Shown here: positions 49,123 through 61,990 of the stretch, piece after piece
How positions within the stretch are numbered: the first letter of the stretch is position 1
Layout: every line of letters starts with the position of its first letter
Source: Octopus sinensis
Taxonomy: Eukaryota
Reading direction: 5' to 3'
DNA: 64,000 bases
Assembly: GCF_006345805.1 (NCBI RefSeq)
Contig: NC_043025.1
Span: 1,860,001 to 1,924,000, forward strand
Translations under genes and position numbers: made by a program
The notes under the pieces: generated by a model
Databases searched by the model: none
Told to the model about the DNA's origin: nothing
What the model saw: the letters and a program-made list of their open reading frames with translations, nothing else

Positions 49123-52100
49123 CAGTAGTTTTATTTTCATAGCGTGCTTTCACTTCACTACCGAGCGCAGTTCTGTGTGCCTTGGGTATGTGCTGTGATT
49201 TGTTGTGATGCTCTGATGGTTATTGTATGGAAAGTGTTCTGCGTAGGATCGTGCAGTGCCTAGTAGTGCAATTTTCTGTATGTTATATGTGTTTGTAAGT
49301 CCTGGTGTTTTTGTTATGTATTTGTCTGAATATTTTTTTATCATGCCTAATGCACCTACTATGATAGGAATCGTTTCTGTTTTCAGGTTCCACAATCTAG
49401 TTACCTCTATTTCCAGGTCTTTGTATTTTGAGAGTTTCTCCATTTCTTTTAGAGACACGTTGTCATCTGCCGGTATTGATACATCAATTAGAAAGCATTT
49501 TTTTCTTCATGATCTCTGACAACTATATCTGGTCTGTTGGCCTTAATTTCTCTATCTGTGTGTATCGGCATATCCCAGAGTATGGTTGCTTTCTCGTTTT
49601 CTGTGACCTTTTCTAGTGTGTGCCTATACCATCTTTTTTCTGTTGTTATTCCATAATGTTGGCATAGCTTCCAATGTATGTAGCTTCCAACTCTGTCATG
49701 TCTGTGAATATATTCCTTCTTAGCCAGGACTGGGCAGCTAGAGATAATATGATTTATTGTTTCTTGTCCATCTCCACATATTCTGCAGTTACTTGTAATA
49801 TTTCTTTTCATTACATGTTTTTGGTAATTTCTGGTGGGGAGGCTTTGGTCTTGTGCTGCAATTAAAAATCCCTCTGTTACTGCTTTGAGTCCCGAGATTC
49901 TCAACCATTGCTGGGATTTTTCTTTGTCTATTTCTTTTGCGTTTAGTTTAGTGCAGTATTTACCATGAAGGGGTTTTCTTGCCATCGTTTTAATCATGGC
50001 TCGTTGCTGTTCTATTTTAGTTTGGATTTCATTTGTTTTATAGCTTTGTGTTTCTTCTTCACCTTCTTCTTCTTCTTCTTTGTGTTTATTAGGTGGTATG
50101 ATTTCTTGTTTGTATTTGTCAGCTTCCTTAAATACTGAGAACAGTTTTTTGTTTTGCTCGTGTTTTGCTGCTATCTGGATCAGTTTTCCTTCCTTCTGAA
50201 GTAGGTATTTTTGCAGTCCTATGGTGGTTATTTTATAGTAGTTTTCCAGCTGTATAAGGCCTCTACCACCTTCTATACGTTGTATATATAGTCTTTCTAT
50301 GTCAGATTTTGGGTGATGCATCCTAGATCCTGTCAGTATTTTTCTTGTTTTCCTATCTATTTTGGACAGTTCATTTCGTGTCCAGTTAAGGATATTGTAG
50401 CTGTAACGTATAACTGGGACAGCTAAAGTGTTGATACCTATTATCTTGTTTTTAGCATTGAGCTCTGTTTTTAGTATTGATCTAACTCGTCTATAATATT
50501 CTTTTTTTATTTTCTCTTTCATTGTGTGTGTTGTGTCTTATCTAGTTCATGGATTTCTAAGTATTTGTAAGTTTGGCTTTGGTCTAATTCTTTTATTTCA
50601 TTGGTTTTATATATGTGTGATGTAACTAGTTTTCCTTTTTTCATGGTTACTTTGGCGCATTTTTCTAATCCAAATTTCATATCTATTTCTTTGGTAAATC
50701 CATGAACTGTCTTTAATAGTGTTTCCAGCTGTTTGTCATTTGCAGCGTATAGTTTTAGGTCATCCATATATAAAAGGTGGCTGATCGTTTTGCCGTAACA
50801 TTTATATCCGCATCCAGTTCTATTTAGCATATCAGATAGAGGTGACAGTGCCAAGCAGAAAAGGAGTGGAGAGAGCGTGTCTCCCTGGAATATTCCTCTT
50901 CTAATGGGGATGTCTTTGGTTTTCATGAGTCCCTCTTTTGTTTGGAGGTGTAGGACTGTTTGCCATTTATTCATAGAGTGCTCTATGAATTTTATGATTG
51001 TTGGTGCTACTTTGTTAATGGCTAGTGTTTCGAGGATCCATGTGTGGGGGATGCTATCAAACGCCTTTTTGTAGTCAATCCAGGCCATACTGAGGCCTTT
51101 CTTCTTTCTGTGGCTGTCTTCAGTTACGGCTTTATTAATCATTAGTTTGATCTTTACAGCCATATGAGCCCTTGCGGCATCCTTTCTGCTCTTCTGGGAA
51201 CAGTTTGTTTTCGTCCAGGTGCTTGTTCAGCCTTTGCGATATCACTGCAGTAAATGCCTTGAACATAGTAGGGAGGCAGGTTATTGGTCTTTAGTTTTCT
51301 GGTTTTGTTGTTTCATTTGATTTGGGAATTAAGATGGTTTTCCCCTTCGTGAGCCATTCAGGCATTGTCTCTGGCTCTGCTAGTATGCTGTTAAAGTTTC
51401 AGCCAGCTTTTTGTGCATTCCTGTTAGATATTTCAACCAGAAGTTGGGGATCTTGTCATGCCCAGGTGCCTTCCAGTTGCTTAGTTTTTGCAGTGCCTGG
51501 GTGACCTCTTCAGTTGTTATGGGGGTCCAATGTTGTACAGATGCCGAGTTTGTTATTTTCATACTCCTTTTTTTTGGCTGTTCGTTCGCCGACCATATTT
51601 CTTTCCAGAATTCTTCCAATTCTTCTGCCGTTGGTGCTGCAGTGACTTCTATTTTATTTTTGCCCAGTTCTTGGTAGAACTTTTTGGGGTCGGAGTTGAA
51701 CTTTTTGTTCTGTTCAAATAAGCGTTGGCGTTTCTCGTACCGGCGGATTCTTTGAGCTTTGGCAAGGATATCTTGCTTCAGCTTTTCTGTTATCTCCGGC
51801 AAATCATTTTCTGTGATGTTGTATTTGCGGAGCATTTTTGTTCTCCTTTTGCTGCTCAGTAGCGTTGCTTGTTTGCTGATTTCATTAAGAATCGACAGGT
51901 CTTTTCTAATTTTTTTATTTTGTTTTGGATGTTATTTATCCACAGGGTTTGTTTGGGTGGTGGTACTCCTGTTTGGGCGGGTTTGGGTGTGTATCCAGCT
52001 TCTTTTGTGGCTGCAGTGGCTGCTGCGTATATCAAGTCATTTAGTTCAGTGATATCACTTTTTTTTTGTTTCAGTGGCTAGTTCAGTGACGGCTAGGTTT

Positions 52101-53075
52101 ATGTTTTTATAATTGGTGTTATTATTGCGTTTATTTTTATTCTTGGAGGTATGGTCGGTGGTCCATTTTGAGCTCTGTGGTTTTTAGTTCTTTGATTATT
52201 TTATTTTTTATATTATCATAATCATTAGGCTCCCCTTCGTTGTTTACATCGTATTTGTTGGGAATGTTGCGTTTGTCTTCGTGTTTTACAGTTTCAGTGT
52301 TTATATTATTGGGCATTGTTGTGTGGCTTCTATCTACATTTTCTTGGTGTATTTTTTCTTTTAAATGTTCTATTTCTATTTCTGATATTTTTTTGGCTTT
52401 GAGAATATATCTTCGTACGTTAGCTAATTTATTAGGGTTCATTGCTGTATCCAAGTCTATATCTCTATTATTTTCCTTCCATATTTTATATGTATGTGTT
52501 GTTGTATTTTCATTTTGTGGGTAGAGCATTGCTGTGAAGTATGCGTGTAAGATAGAAATGTATTCCTCACGTGTCCATTTACGTCTTTTGGGTTTAATAA
52601 TTGCGGGACATGAGGTACAACGTCCGGCCCATTATTTTGACGGTCGTCATTTTCGTAGGGTACCGGTCCGTTTATTTCTGTTGTCACATTATTTCGCACG
52701 TGTAGTTTTTCGTACATTTTTTGTTGCAGGTTTAATGTACGTACCGCTCGATTGTTATTCTTGGGTGAATAGTATCGGTGGCATTTAATTTCTTCGTAGT
52801 TCCTTTGTACATGGTGTTTGAGGTCGGGGATAATCGTGTCGTTCCACGCATGTTTACATGTGTTGTGTTAGAGGTGGAGATAATATCGAGTCAAAATAAT
52901 CCTTTCCTTCGTTTCGAAAATAGTAAAAATTCAATTCGTATTACTTACTCGGATATAGTCCAATTCTTTGTTAGTAAATCTTTGGCTCCATAGGGTGTCC
53001 TTGTTTTCGATGTTTGTGGATAGATTTCGGAGCTCTGTATTTCTTCTTACATCTAAAACGTCCCCGGTGTCTTCC
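49123..53075 (-). mobile_element. R4/Dong-like RLE retrotransposon family B, apparently full length (about 3.95 kb), both ends in (TAA)n
   Basis: ORF pieces 52137-52529 (LANVRRYIL), 51380-51835 (WKAPGHDKIPNFWLK), 50519-51163 (RT), 49488-50522 (CCHC, RPD), 49150-49458; 5' junction (aat)n-ggaagacacc, 3' junction actactg-(aat)n. Confidence 0.94.
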
Positions 53076-53101
53076 TTATTATTATTATTACTATTATTAT
53101 T

Positions 53102-53646
53102 GAGTGAAGAGCAGTTTCATGCCATCAAGTGACACTGGGTAAAAATATACGAAGCCCAATATACCCATCATGACTACCCGTCTCATAAAGGTACACCAGG
53201 CACATGCATCACAACCATATGTGCGCGACATGGTATCTCATATCAAGATAACAGCACATGACCTTGCAGTGGGGCCCAGTTAGAATTTTTCTTCAGGTTG
53301 AGTAGCCCATCCCGCTCAAACGGTCCTGAATAAGGGTTGTTTAAGGATGTTGAAGAACCACCCATGTTTCCAGAGGTGAACTCTTCAAACCCAAAGAATC
53401 CCTCTCAACACATGGCTATGATGCTCCCCCACTACTTCTGCTCGTGATCAGAGATGCACATATCGTCAGCCACTAAGGGACATGCTCAACTGGTTAAGGT
53501 CAAACAACTGACCAGCAAATCTGTGGTATTGAGCAAATATTTGCTGTAGCCCATCTTTATACCAAGACAAAACAATGTACATGATAACACTTCCAATCAT
53601 TAAGATCAGAATCCATTGAGCCACTGCCTGGTACTTCATCAGGGCA
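53102..53646. mobile_element. (TTA)n-embedded non-coding element, uninterrupted copy
   Basis: gagtgaagagcag...tacttcatcagggc between TTA runs; has several 1-nt deletions relative to the other copies. Confidence 0.85.
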
Positions 53647-53663
53647 TATTATTATTATTATTA

Positions 53664-53709
<46 letters not shown>

Positions 53710-53710
<1 letters not shown>

Positions 53711-54137
53711 TATGTTTGACTTTTGCTTTATGTCTGTACAAGTTGGCTCCAATTCTCACCCAGAGACCGAAAGACCACAGGTTGGAAGTTCGCATTGTTG
53801 TTAGGCCTAGTGTGCCATATATTTGGGGTTTTTTGGTGTTGTGATTATTATTATTATTATTTTATTATATTATTATTAGTATTATTATTAATTATGTATT
53901 ATTATTATTATCATTATTATTTTTTCTAGTTTTATTTTATATCGTGCTTTCATTCACTCACTACCTAGCGCAGCTCTGTGAGCCTTGGGTATGTGCTGTG
54001 ATTTTTGTGATGCTCTGATGTTATTGTATGGAAAGTGTTATTATTATTATTATTGTTATTATTATTATTATTATTATTATTTTAATTATTATTATTTTAT
54101 TATTATTATTATTTTATTATTATTATTATTATTATTA

Positions 54138-54171
<34 letters not shown>

Positions 54172-54280
54172 TAGTTTTATTTTTTATAGCGTGCTTTCAC
54201 TTCACTACCGAGCGCAGCTCTGTTTGCCTTGGGTATTTGCTGTGATTTGCTGTGATGCTCTGATGGTTATTGTATGGAAA

Positions 54281-54283
<3 letters not shown>
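53710..54283 (-). mobile_element. Three about 120-bp R4 3'UTR stubs (family A 53710-53842; family B 53925-54048 and 54167-54283), each between TTA runs
   Basis: Match the 3'UTRs at 30027-30160 and 35399-35520. Confidence 0.82.
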
Positions 54284-54319
<36 letters not shown>

Positions 54320-54599
54320 TATTATTATTATCATTATTATTATTATTAGTTTAATTCTTTCGTCTCACATACTACGATCTCCTCAGCGACTCTCTGCTCC
54401 ACTTATTTCTTCTTATCCCGCTAATTCCGTATTAAAATTTACATTTAAATGTACTATTCTACTGTTTGTCAAGTGGATTGTTTTATGAAATAAGTTATAC
54501 TCGGAACAATTCTACATATTTACCTGGTTAAAACGGAATTTCTCACTTGGTGCAGTTACATATTTTAGTAATTGTTTGAATGAATACGCGCACATACAC

Positions 54600-54673
<74 letters not shown>

Positions 54674-54773
54674 TGTGTGTGTGTGTGTGTGTGGTGTGTG
54701 AGTGTGTGTGTGTGTGATATTATTGATATTATTGTAAGCAATGATATACATACATATACATATACTATCTATA

Positions 54774-54844
<71 letters not shown>

Positions 54845-54846
54845 AG

Positions 54847-54886
<40 letters not shown>

Positions 54887-57191
54887 GTGTGTATGATTGT
54901 GTATAGAAAAATATATTACTGAAAGAAATTCCAACTTTGATTTTTATGATTTATTTACAATCTTATAATAATATATGATAAGATAAGATAACATAATGAA
55001 GCGATAGAATATCAAATATCCACTCTGATTGAACGAGTACTTTCATGCATTCTTCAAGTTGTTAAAAATAGTTATTGTCTGCATCATTCGAAAGAGAAAT
55101 AAATTCTGCAGAAGGTATAAAAGATAGAAATAATTTGTATGGTGTTAGTAACAAAATATTTTGTGAGAAATAGGACTATTATCATCGGTCTTAGATTTAC
55201 TTTCGCCATGTAGATATGTGTGTGTATAATATTAATTTTAAATCTTTACAGGAAAGTAGCAAAGATTGATTTACCTCGATAATGCCCGGTTCCAAATATG
55301 ACTTCAGTTTTTTTTTTTTACAGAATTAGAAAATGTTTATCCACTTATCTGAATATTCTATTACCTCATGAAAGTTTATTGTCTCATTTTGCGGCTTGTA
55401 TCGGATAAGAATACTGATCGAAGTACACATTTGTTTTATAAACCGTTATGTGTGGGTTTTTCCATTTTCCAGAAATTCACCATCCCTACACGACGCAAAG
55501 TAATATGAGATGAGGGTTGTTTGCTTAAGAACGCCATACAATTCCCTTTCCGGGAATTGAAACCGAGATCTCGATATCGAGAATGCACCATTAACAGCGT
55601 GGTCATACGCCTTGGACAACAATATATTATGAAACATGGTACATGACATATGTAGGCGCGACAGCATCTCAGAAATCCTTCTTATCTACTAGTAGTTTTA
55701 CTGAAGCAACAGCCACTGAATTTTCATGGAACACCAAAAAGATCTGAGCGTTACTCCTAAGAGATGTCTCTTGTCAGCTAACGATATGCCGTTGTATCAT
55801 GTAATGATAGAAAGTCTGTACATTTCTTTGGGTTTTCTTTGTGTTTTACTTAGGGTGTTGTGGTCGACGTTGTTGTTTGCTCTGATCGTAATTTTGCACA
55901 AAGGCATTCCAACTATAGCCCACTAATTTTTTTTTATTCCAACATTAGCAACCATGTCCTCCATTGTCTAAAATTATCCACTTATCTGAATATTCCATTG
56001 TCTGATATAAGTTTTTGTCTCACCTTCCAGCTGCTATCCGATAAGCATAATGAATGAAATACCCTGTTGTAATAATTCTTTAAGTGTGTTTTTTACTGTT
56101 TTTAAAGGAGAGTGGCAGTATTTTCCCTTGATGTTTGTGATTGGCTGAAATTCTTTAATATCCGGAAAATAAGCCCATTTTCCAGCTAGTCACCATTCCT
56201 ACAAGTCAAATGTTGAAATGGTCGCTGTGCAACATGAAGTGCCTTGCGCACAATACACCTCCCTTTGCAGGATTTGAAATCCCGACCTTGTTTTTTTGAG
56301 GAGCACCTTTAACCAATATTTTATGTATTCTTGACATCGGTTATATTACGAAAGTGGTATTTTTCATATATCCTGGCAACAACCACAGTAAATTCTTATT
56401 TACTTGACGCTTTTCTAAAACAAACGCCATTGTTTTTATCGATTATTGGGATAGCGATATCTGCTCAAAGACACGAACTCATCTCTCGAGTTACTAAAAT
56501 GCAAATCCGAGGAATTTTCCTCGTTTCGCTGAATATATTTCAGTTGGTTGTAAAGTATGCTTGTTTTTCATTGATGACAAAACTATGATCAGAGGCGTTT
56601 CCGTCATGATCATCCCGTCGATTTACATATATTGCAATGTGTGTTGTATCCTTTCCGTGGTTAAGACTGTCGGGTGTGAGACAATGGAATATCATTGTCT
56701 CAAATGCTTACGATAAGGCTGATAGCGCAAATGTACAAGGAATTGACATTCATTAGTCCTGAAACCTACATCTACAATCATTATTGTAATACATCACATG
56801 ATGTGGATGTTAATTTTTATAGATCTCTCCGAAATATAGGCTCCAACTTACTATCAAGATGAACCATCAATTTCTTAAATGACATCTAGGACTGAATTAT
56901 TCTGCTACTAGCAGAAGAATGAAAGTGATATTCTACGTGGTTTACTTTCCATGTGTGTTTAGCATATTGTAACTTTTATGTAAATGTGTTATCTCAAGTA
57001 CAACATACCCTCGAATATTTAGGGGCGTCCAGTTCACCCTGTGTAACTTGCCGCAGGACTCACACAGCAGATGCAGGTACTAGAGGGTAAAGATGGTACT
57101 AATTCCCTAAGTTGTTCACGTGAGCATCCGCATACCAATTTATTATTATACCATATACACACAACAGTTTAGATTGTGTGAGTACGTTGGC

Positions 57192-57255
<64 letters not shown>

Positions 57256-57301
57256 ATATATATATTCTATATATATATACATTATATATATATATATATT
57301 A

Positions 57302-57335
<34 letters not shown>

Positions 57336-57699
57336 TATATAATATATATTATATATATATATATATTCATGCGAATACAGAGATCTACACACACGTATAA
57401 AAAGTGTATTCTTTACATTCATTATTTTACTTGTTTAAGACATTTGACTCCGGCCTTGCTGTAGTGCCAACTGAAATGCCTTTAAGCCGAAGAGCCGAAG
57501 AAATTTACAACAGCTTATTTTTTGTAAGCCTGGTACTTATTTTATTGATCGCTTTTGCCGAACAGCTATGTTAAGGCGGGTGTAGAAGACCTGCTGTCAA
57601 ACTATGAACGCGTAACAAACATAGTCACACAGACACACACACACACACAGGCAAACACACACACTCACACACACACGCCACACACACACTCACAAACAC

Positions 57700-57730
<31 letters not shown>

Positions 57731-58913
57731 ACGGACTTCCTTCGGGTCCGTCTACAATACCCACTCACAAGTCTTTGCTCGACCTGAGGCTATAGTAGAA
57801 GACACTTTCCCAGGTTGCCATAAAGTGAAACTGAACCTGGATCTATCTGACTGCGGAGCAAGTTTCTTACCACATAGCCACGCCTATGCATATGTGTTTA
57901 TGTATAAGTCTATAAATAGGATGAACATGACAATCAAATGTTTAACTAATATTTCTTACGTGCGTGTAACAACGTTATGGTTGCTTGGAACCAAGTTCTC
58001 AACGACATATGACCGTCAGGAACAACGTTATTCTATTAAGTTGCATAGTTATAGAAAGATGAGAGTGATGGAAAAATAAATCATATATATGTGTGTGTGT
58101 ATATAAATGTTAAATCTTAAAAGAAAAGTAACAAAAATTGATTTATCTATTCGCGTTCTGAGTTCCTTTCCTGTCGAACTCCCCTTTGCCATTCATTTCT
58201 CAGAGGTGCTGAAGTCCAATTAGTCGACTGACCACTTCCGCCACAATAGCACAACCGATGGCATTCTACCTAAGCCAGAGACAACATTATATGAGCGGCA
58301 ATCTAGGATTTTAGGACAAAGGATTTGCTACGCGGTGTCATATGTAGTCATGTATGGTTATTTAAGATGCATGAGGATATATATACATACACAAACACGC
58401 ACAAATATATGTGTGTATGAGTGTGTGTGCATATGAGTGTGTGTATGTATGTACGTTTGTATATATATATATATGTATGTATATATGTATATATATATGT
58501 ATGTATATGTGAGCGTGTGTCTACATGTGCGTGTGAATATATGCACATGTGTACGAGGCAGAACATTCATACACACACACATATATAGGTATATAAATAC
58601 ATATATATATATATACTCATACGCATTTAGATATATACACACACACATATATAAATGTGTTTTTTTTCTTTAATTCTTTTACTTGTTGGAGACATTTGCC
58701 TGCGTCCATGCTGGAGCACCATATCAAAAGACTTTAAGCCCAATAAATTGACATCAGACCTTATTCTTTGTAAGCCAAGTACTTATATTATTGGCCGCTT
58801 TTGCCGAACCGCAATGTTAAGGAGGGGGGCGTAAAAAACCTGCTGTCAAGATATGAATGGGTAACAAACACAGTCGCAAAGACAGAAACACACATACACA
58901 AACAAACAGACTC

Positions 58914-58980
<67 letters not shown>

Positions 58981-60274
58981 ATATATACGTAAGACTTGTC
59001 GGCCCAAGACTATAGTAGAAGTCACTTTCCCAATTGCCATGCAGTGAAACGGAACCTGAACTATCTGCTTTCGAACCATGTTTCTTACCACACAGCCACG
59101 CCATTGCATATGTATTTATGTATAAGTCTATATAAGGATGAACAGGACAAACAAATATTTCAATAATATTTCTTACGTGCGTGTAACAACGTTGTGGTTG
59201 GTTGGAACCAAATGCTCACCGACAAATGATCGTCGGGAACAACGTTATTCTATTAAGTTGCATACTTATAGAAGGATAGAGAGAAAGGGAAACATAAATC
59301 ATATATATGTGTGTGTGTATATAAATGATAAATCTTAAAATAAATGTAACAAAAATTATTTACCTTTATAACGCCGACTCCAAATATGACTTCAGTTTCA
59401 ATTTTTGACAGAAATTAAATCTTTTATCAACTTATCTGAATATTTTATTGCCTCAAATAAGTTTTTTGTCTCACGTTCCAGCTGCTATCCGATAAGCATA
59501 CTGAATGAAATACCCTGTTGAAAAATTCTCTAATTTTTTTTTTAAACGAGAGTGGTAGTATTTTTCCTTGATGTATGTGATTGGCTGCAATTCTTTAATA
59601 TCCGGAAAATAAATCCATTTTCCAGCTAGTCACCATTCCTACAAATCAAGTGTTGAAATGGTCGCTGTGCAACATGAGATGAAGTGTTCTGCGCACAAAA
59701 CACCACTCGTCCTATGATCTGAAATCACACCTTAATCACGATTTCATGTGTCCTCGACTTCTATTATATTACCAAAATGGTATTTTTCATATGTCCTGGC
59801 AACACCCACAGAATATTCTTATCTACTTGACGCTTTTCTAAAACAAACACCATTGTTTTTATCGATTATTGGGATGGCGATATCTGCTCAAAGACAAGAC
59901 CTAATCGCTCTAGTTACTAAAATGGAAACCAGGCGACTTTTTCCTCGTTTCGCAGAATATTTTCAGTTGTTTTGTAAAGAATGTTTGTTGTTCACTGGTG
60001 ACAAGACTATTATCAAGGCGTTTCGGTCATGATCATCCCGTCGATTCACTTACATCGCAATGTGTGTTGTGTTTCTTCCGTGGTTAAGACGGTACGGTGT
60101 GAGACAATAGAATATTATTGTCTCAAATGCTTGCGATAGGGCTGAAGTGCAAATGTTCAAGTAATGGACATTCATTAGTCCTGAACCTACACCTGCAATC
60201 ATTATTGTAATGCATCACATGATGTGGAAGTTAATTTTCATAGATCTTTCCGAAATATAAGTCCGACCGTACAA

Positions 60275-61990
60275 TTAATTTTTGCTTAGAACTCTGTCTC
60301 CCATTTCAGCTTCCTTTCAGCAACCATATGTTTTCACTGTTACTATTTCTGTAACTATCTTTGCAAATCTACCATGGAAAAACATTCTCTTGTCAGTTAG
60401 ATAATCTCCCTCCTTTTTTTCTGGTTTTAATTTCATTTGGATTTTTCTTTTCCTATCTCTTACTGTAAATCTTGCAACTCATAAATTTTATTCACTATTA
60501 TATATATCAACTCTAGCTAACTCTACGCTACTTTCTGCTGATATTAAACCTCTTCCACCTTCGTTATTCTAGTAATGCAGTCTTGCTCTTCCTAATCGAG
60601 GCTGAAGTCCTCCATTCATATTGAATTCCTCCTAGTTCTTCTGTCTAGATTTGCTAATTCAGATCTTTTTCCATCAACAAATTCTGCTGAATACCGAGGT
60701 AACTTCCCAAAGTTTATACAACCTCTTCTAGATTTAGAACACTTCGCTTTTCCCTTCATTAGCTTCTTCAACCTTCCGATGTACTCCTTATCTATTTTTG
60801 TTTTCATTTCCATTGTTAATACACTCTCAGATTCTAATACTCCGAAGCACTTATGATTCTCTGCCTTCAGTGATTTTACTCTCTTGCTAACTATCCTTCA
60901 CTGCTGACTACCTGTCCCCTTTTTATGACTTATGATGCCACATATCTATGCCAAATTCCATGCCTATATCTTTTCTTAAGCGCCTTACACTTCGTATTAA
61001 GGAACCAAAAAGCTTCTAATCGTCCATCTTGAGCAAATGATTAATATTTCTTTTAACATCTCTAAACTGATACCCTGACTTTGCCTTTCTTAGTACTAAA
61101 TTGACGACAGTTAAGCATAACACAAATATTAATGGAGATAACGAGTCTCCCTGGAGAATTCCTCGCCTGTTATTAACTTTTCCTAAGGCAGTGTCACCTG
61201 ATAGAGAGATACTTTCCAATTCTTCGCACTATTGCTGTAACTATTAAGTTTTCTTGTGTTTTCTGCAATACTGAATATACTCAGACATTCCTTATCCGTG
61301 AGTGTTGTATTATGTCATATGATTTTTATACTGTTGAAGTTTGCATTCTCGACTTTAGAACTGCTTTCTCTGTGTGTAATAGATCGTGCGTTCCTCTAGC
61401 CTTCTTTCTAGCTTTCTTTCTGCAAACATTTCATTTTTTCTGGTAGCAAATTCTGGTTGTCAAGTTGATTCTAAATGTTTTCTGTGTGAATTCATGTTAA
61501 AAGTCTCTACATTGGGAATTTACCTGGTGTTTGTCTATTTTGGTTTTTATGTAGTTAGTTATGAATGCCTGATCGTGTGCGGTTGCTTACAAAAACTGTG
61601 TCCCTTTTCATTTTCCTTTCTGAAACCATATTAGTCTGTAACTGTCCCTCGGCTTTTCTTTCTGTTCCACTGGTGCTTTGTAATTTATTTCCAGGAAATC
61701 ATACACCTAATTAGATATTATTCCTGTCATCAGCTTCCACATGTGGGGCAGACAGGTGATAGGCCGGTGATTACCCACTGCATTGATTTGTTGGGATTCT
61801 TTTGGCAAAGAATTGTTTGACTTGTGGTCAGCCTCTTTGGGATTTGTACCACGTTGTTGATCATTTTATATATTTGCTTCGCTATTCTTCTGTGTAGTGA
61901 TGGGGAAATTTTCAGCCAATATCCTTGTACGCTATCCGGTCCTGGGTATTTCCAGGTCGGCGATTTAATCACTCTGGCCCACATTGGTAG
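60275..61990 (-). mobile_element. R4-clade RT fragment, family C (unit-3 copy)
   Basis: ORFs WKYPGPDSVQGYWLK, RRGILQGDSLSPLIFVLCL...INHLLKMDD, KEYIGRLKKL. Confidence 0.82.
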
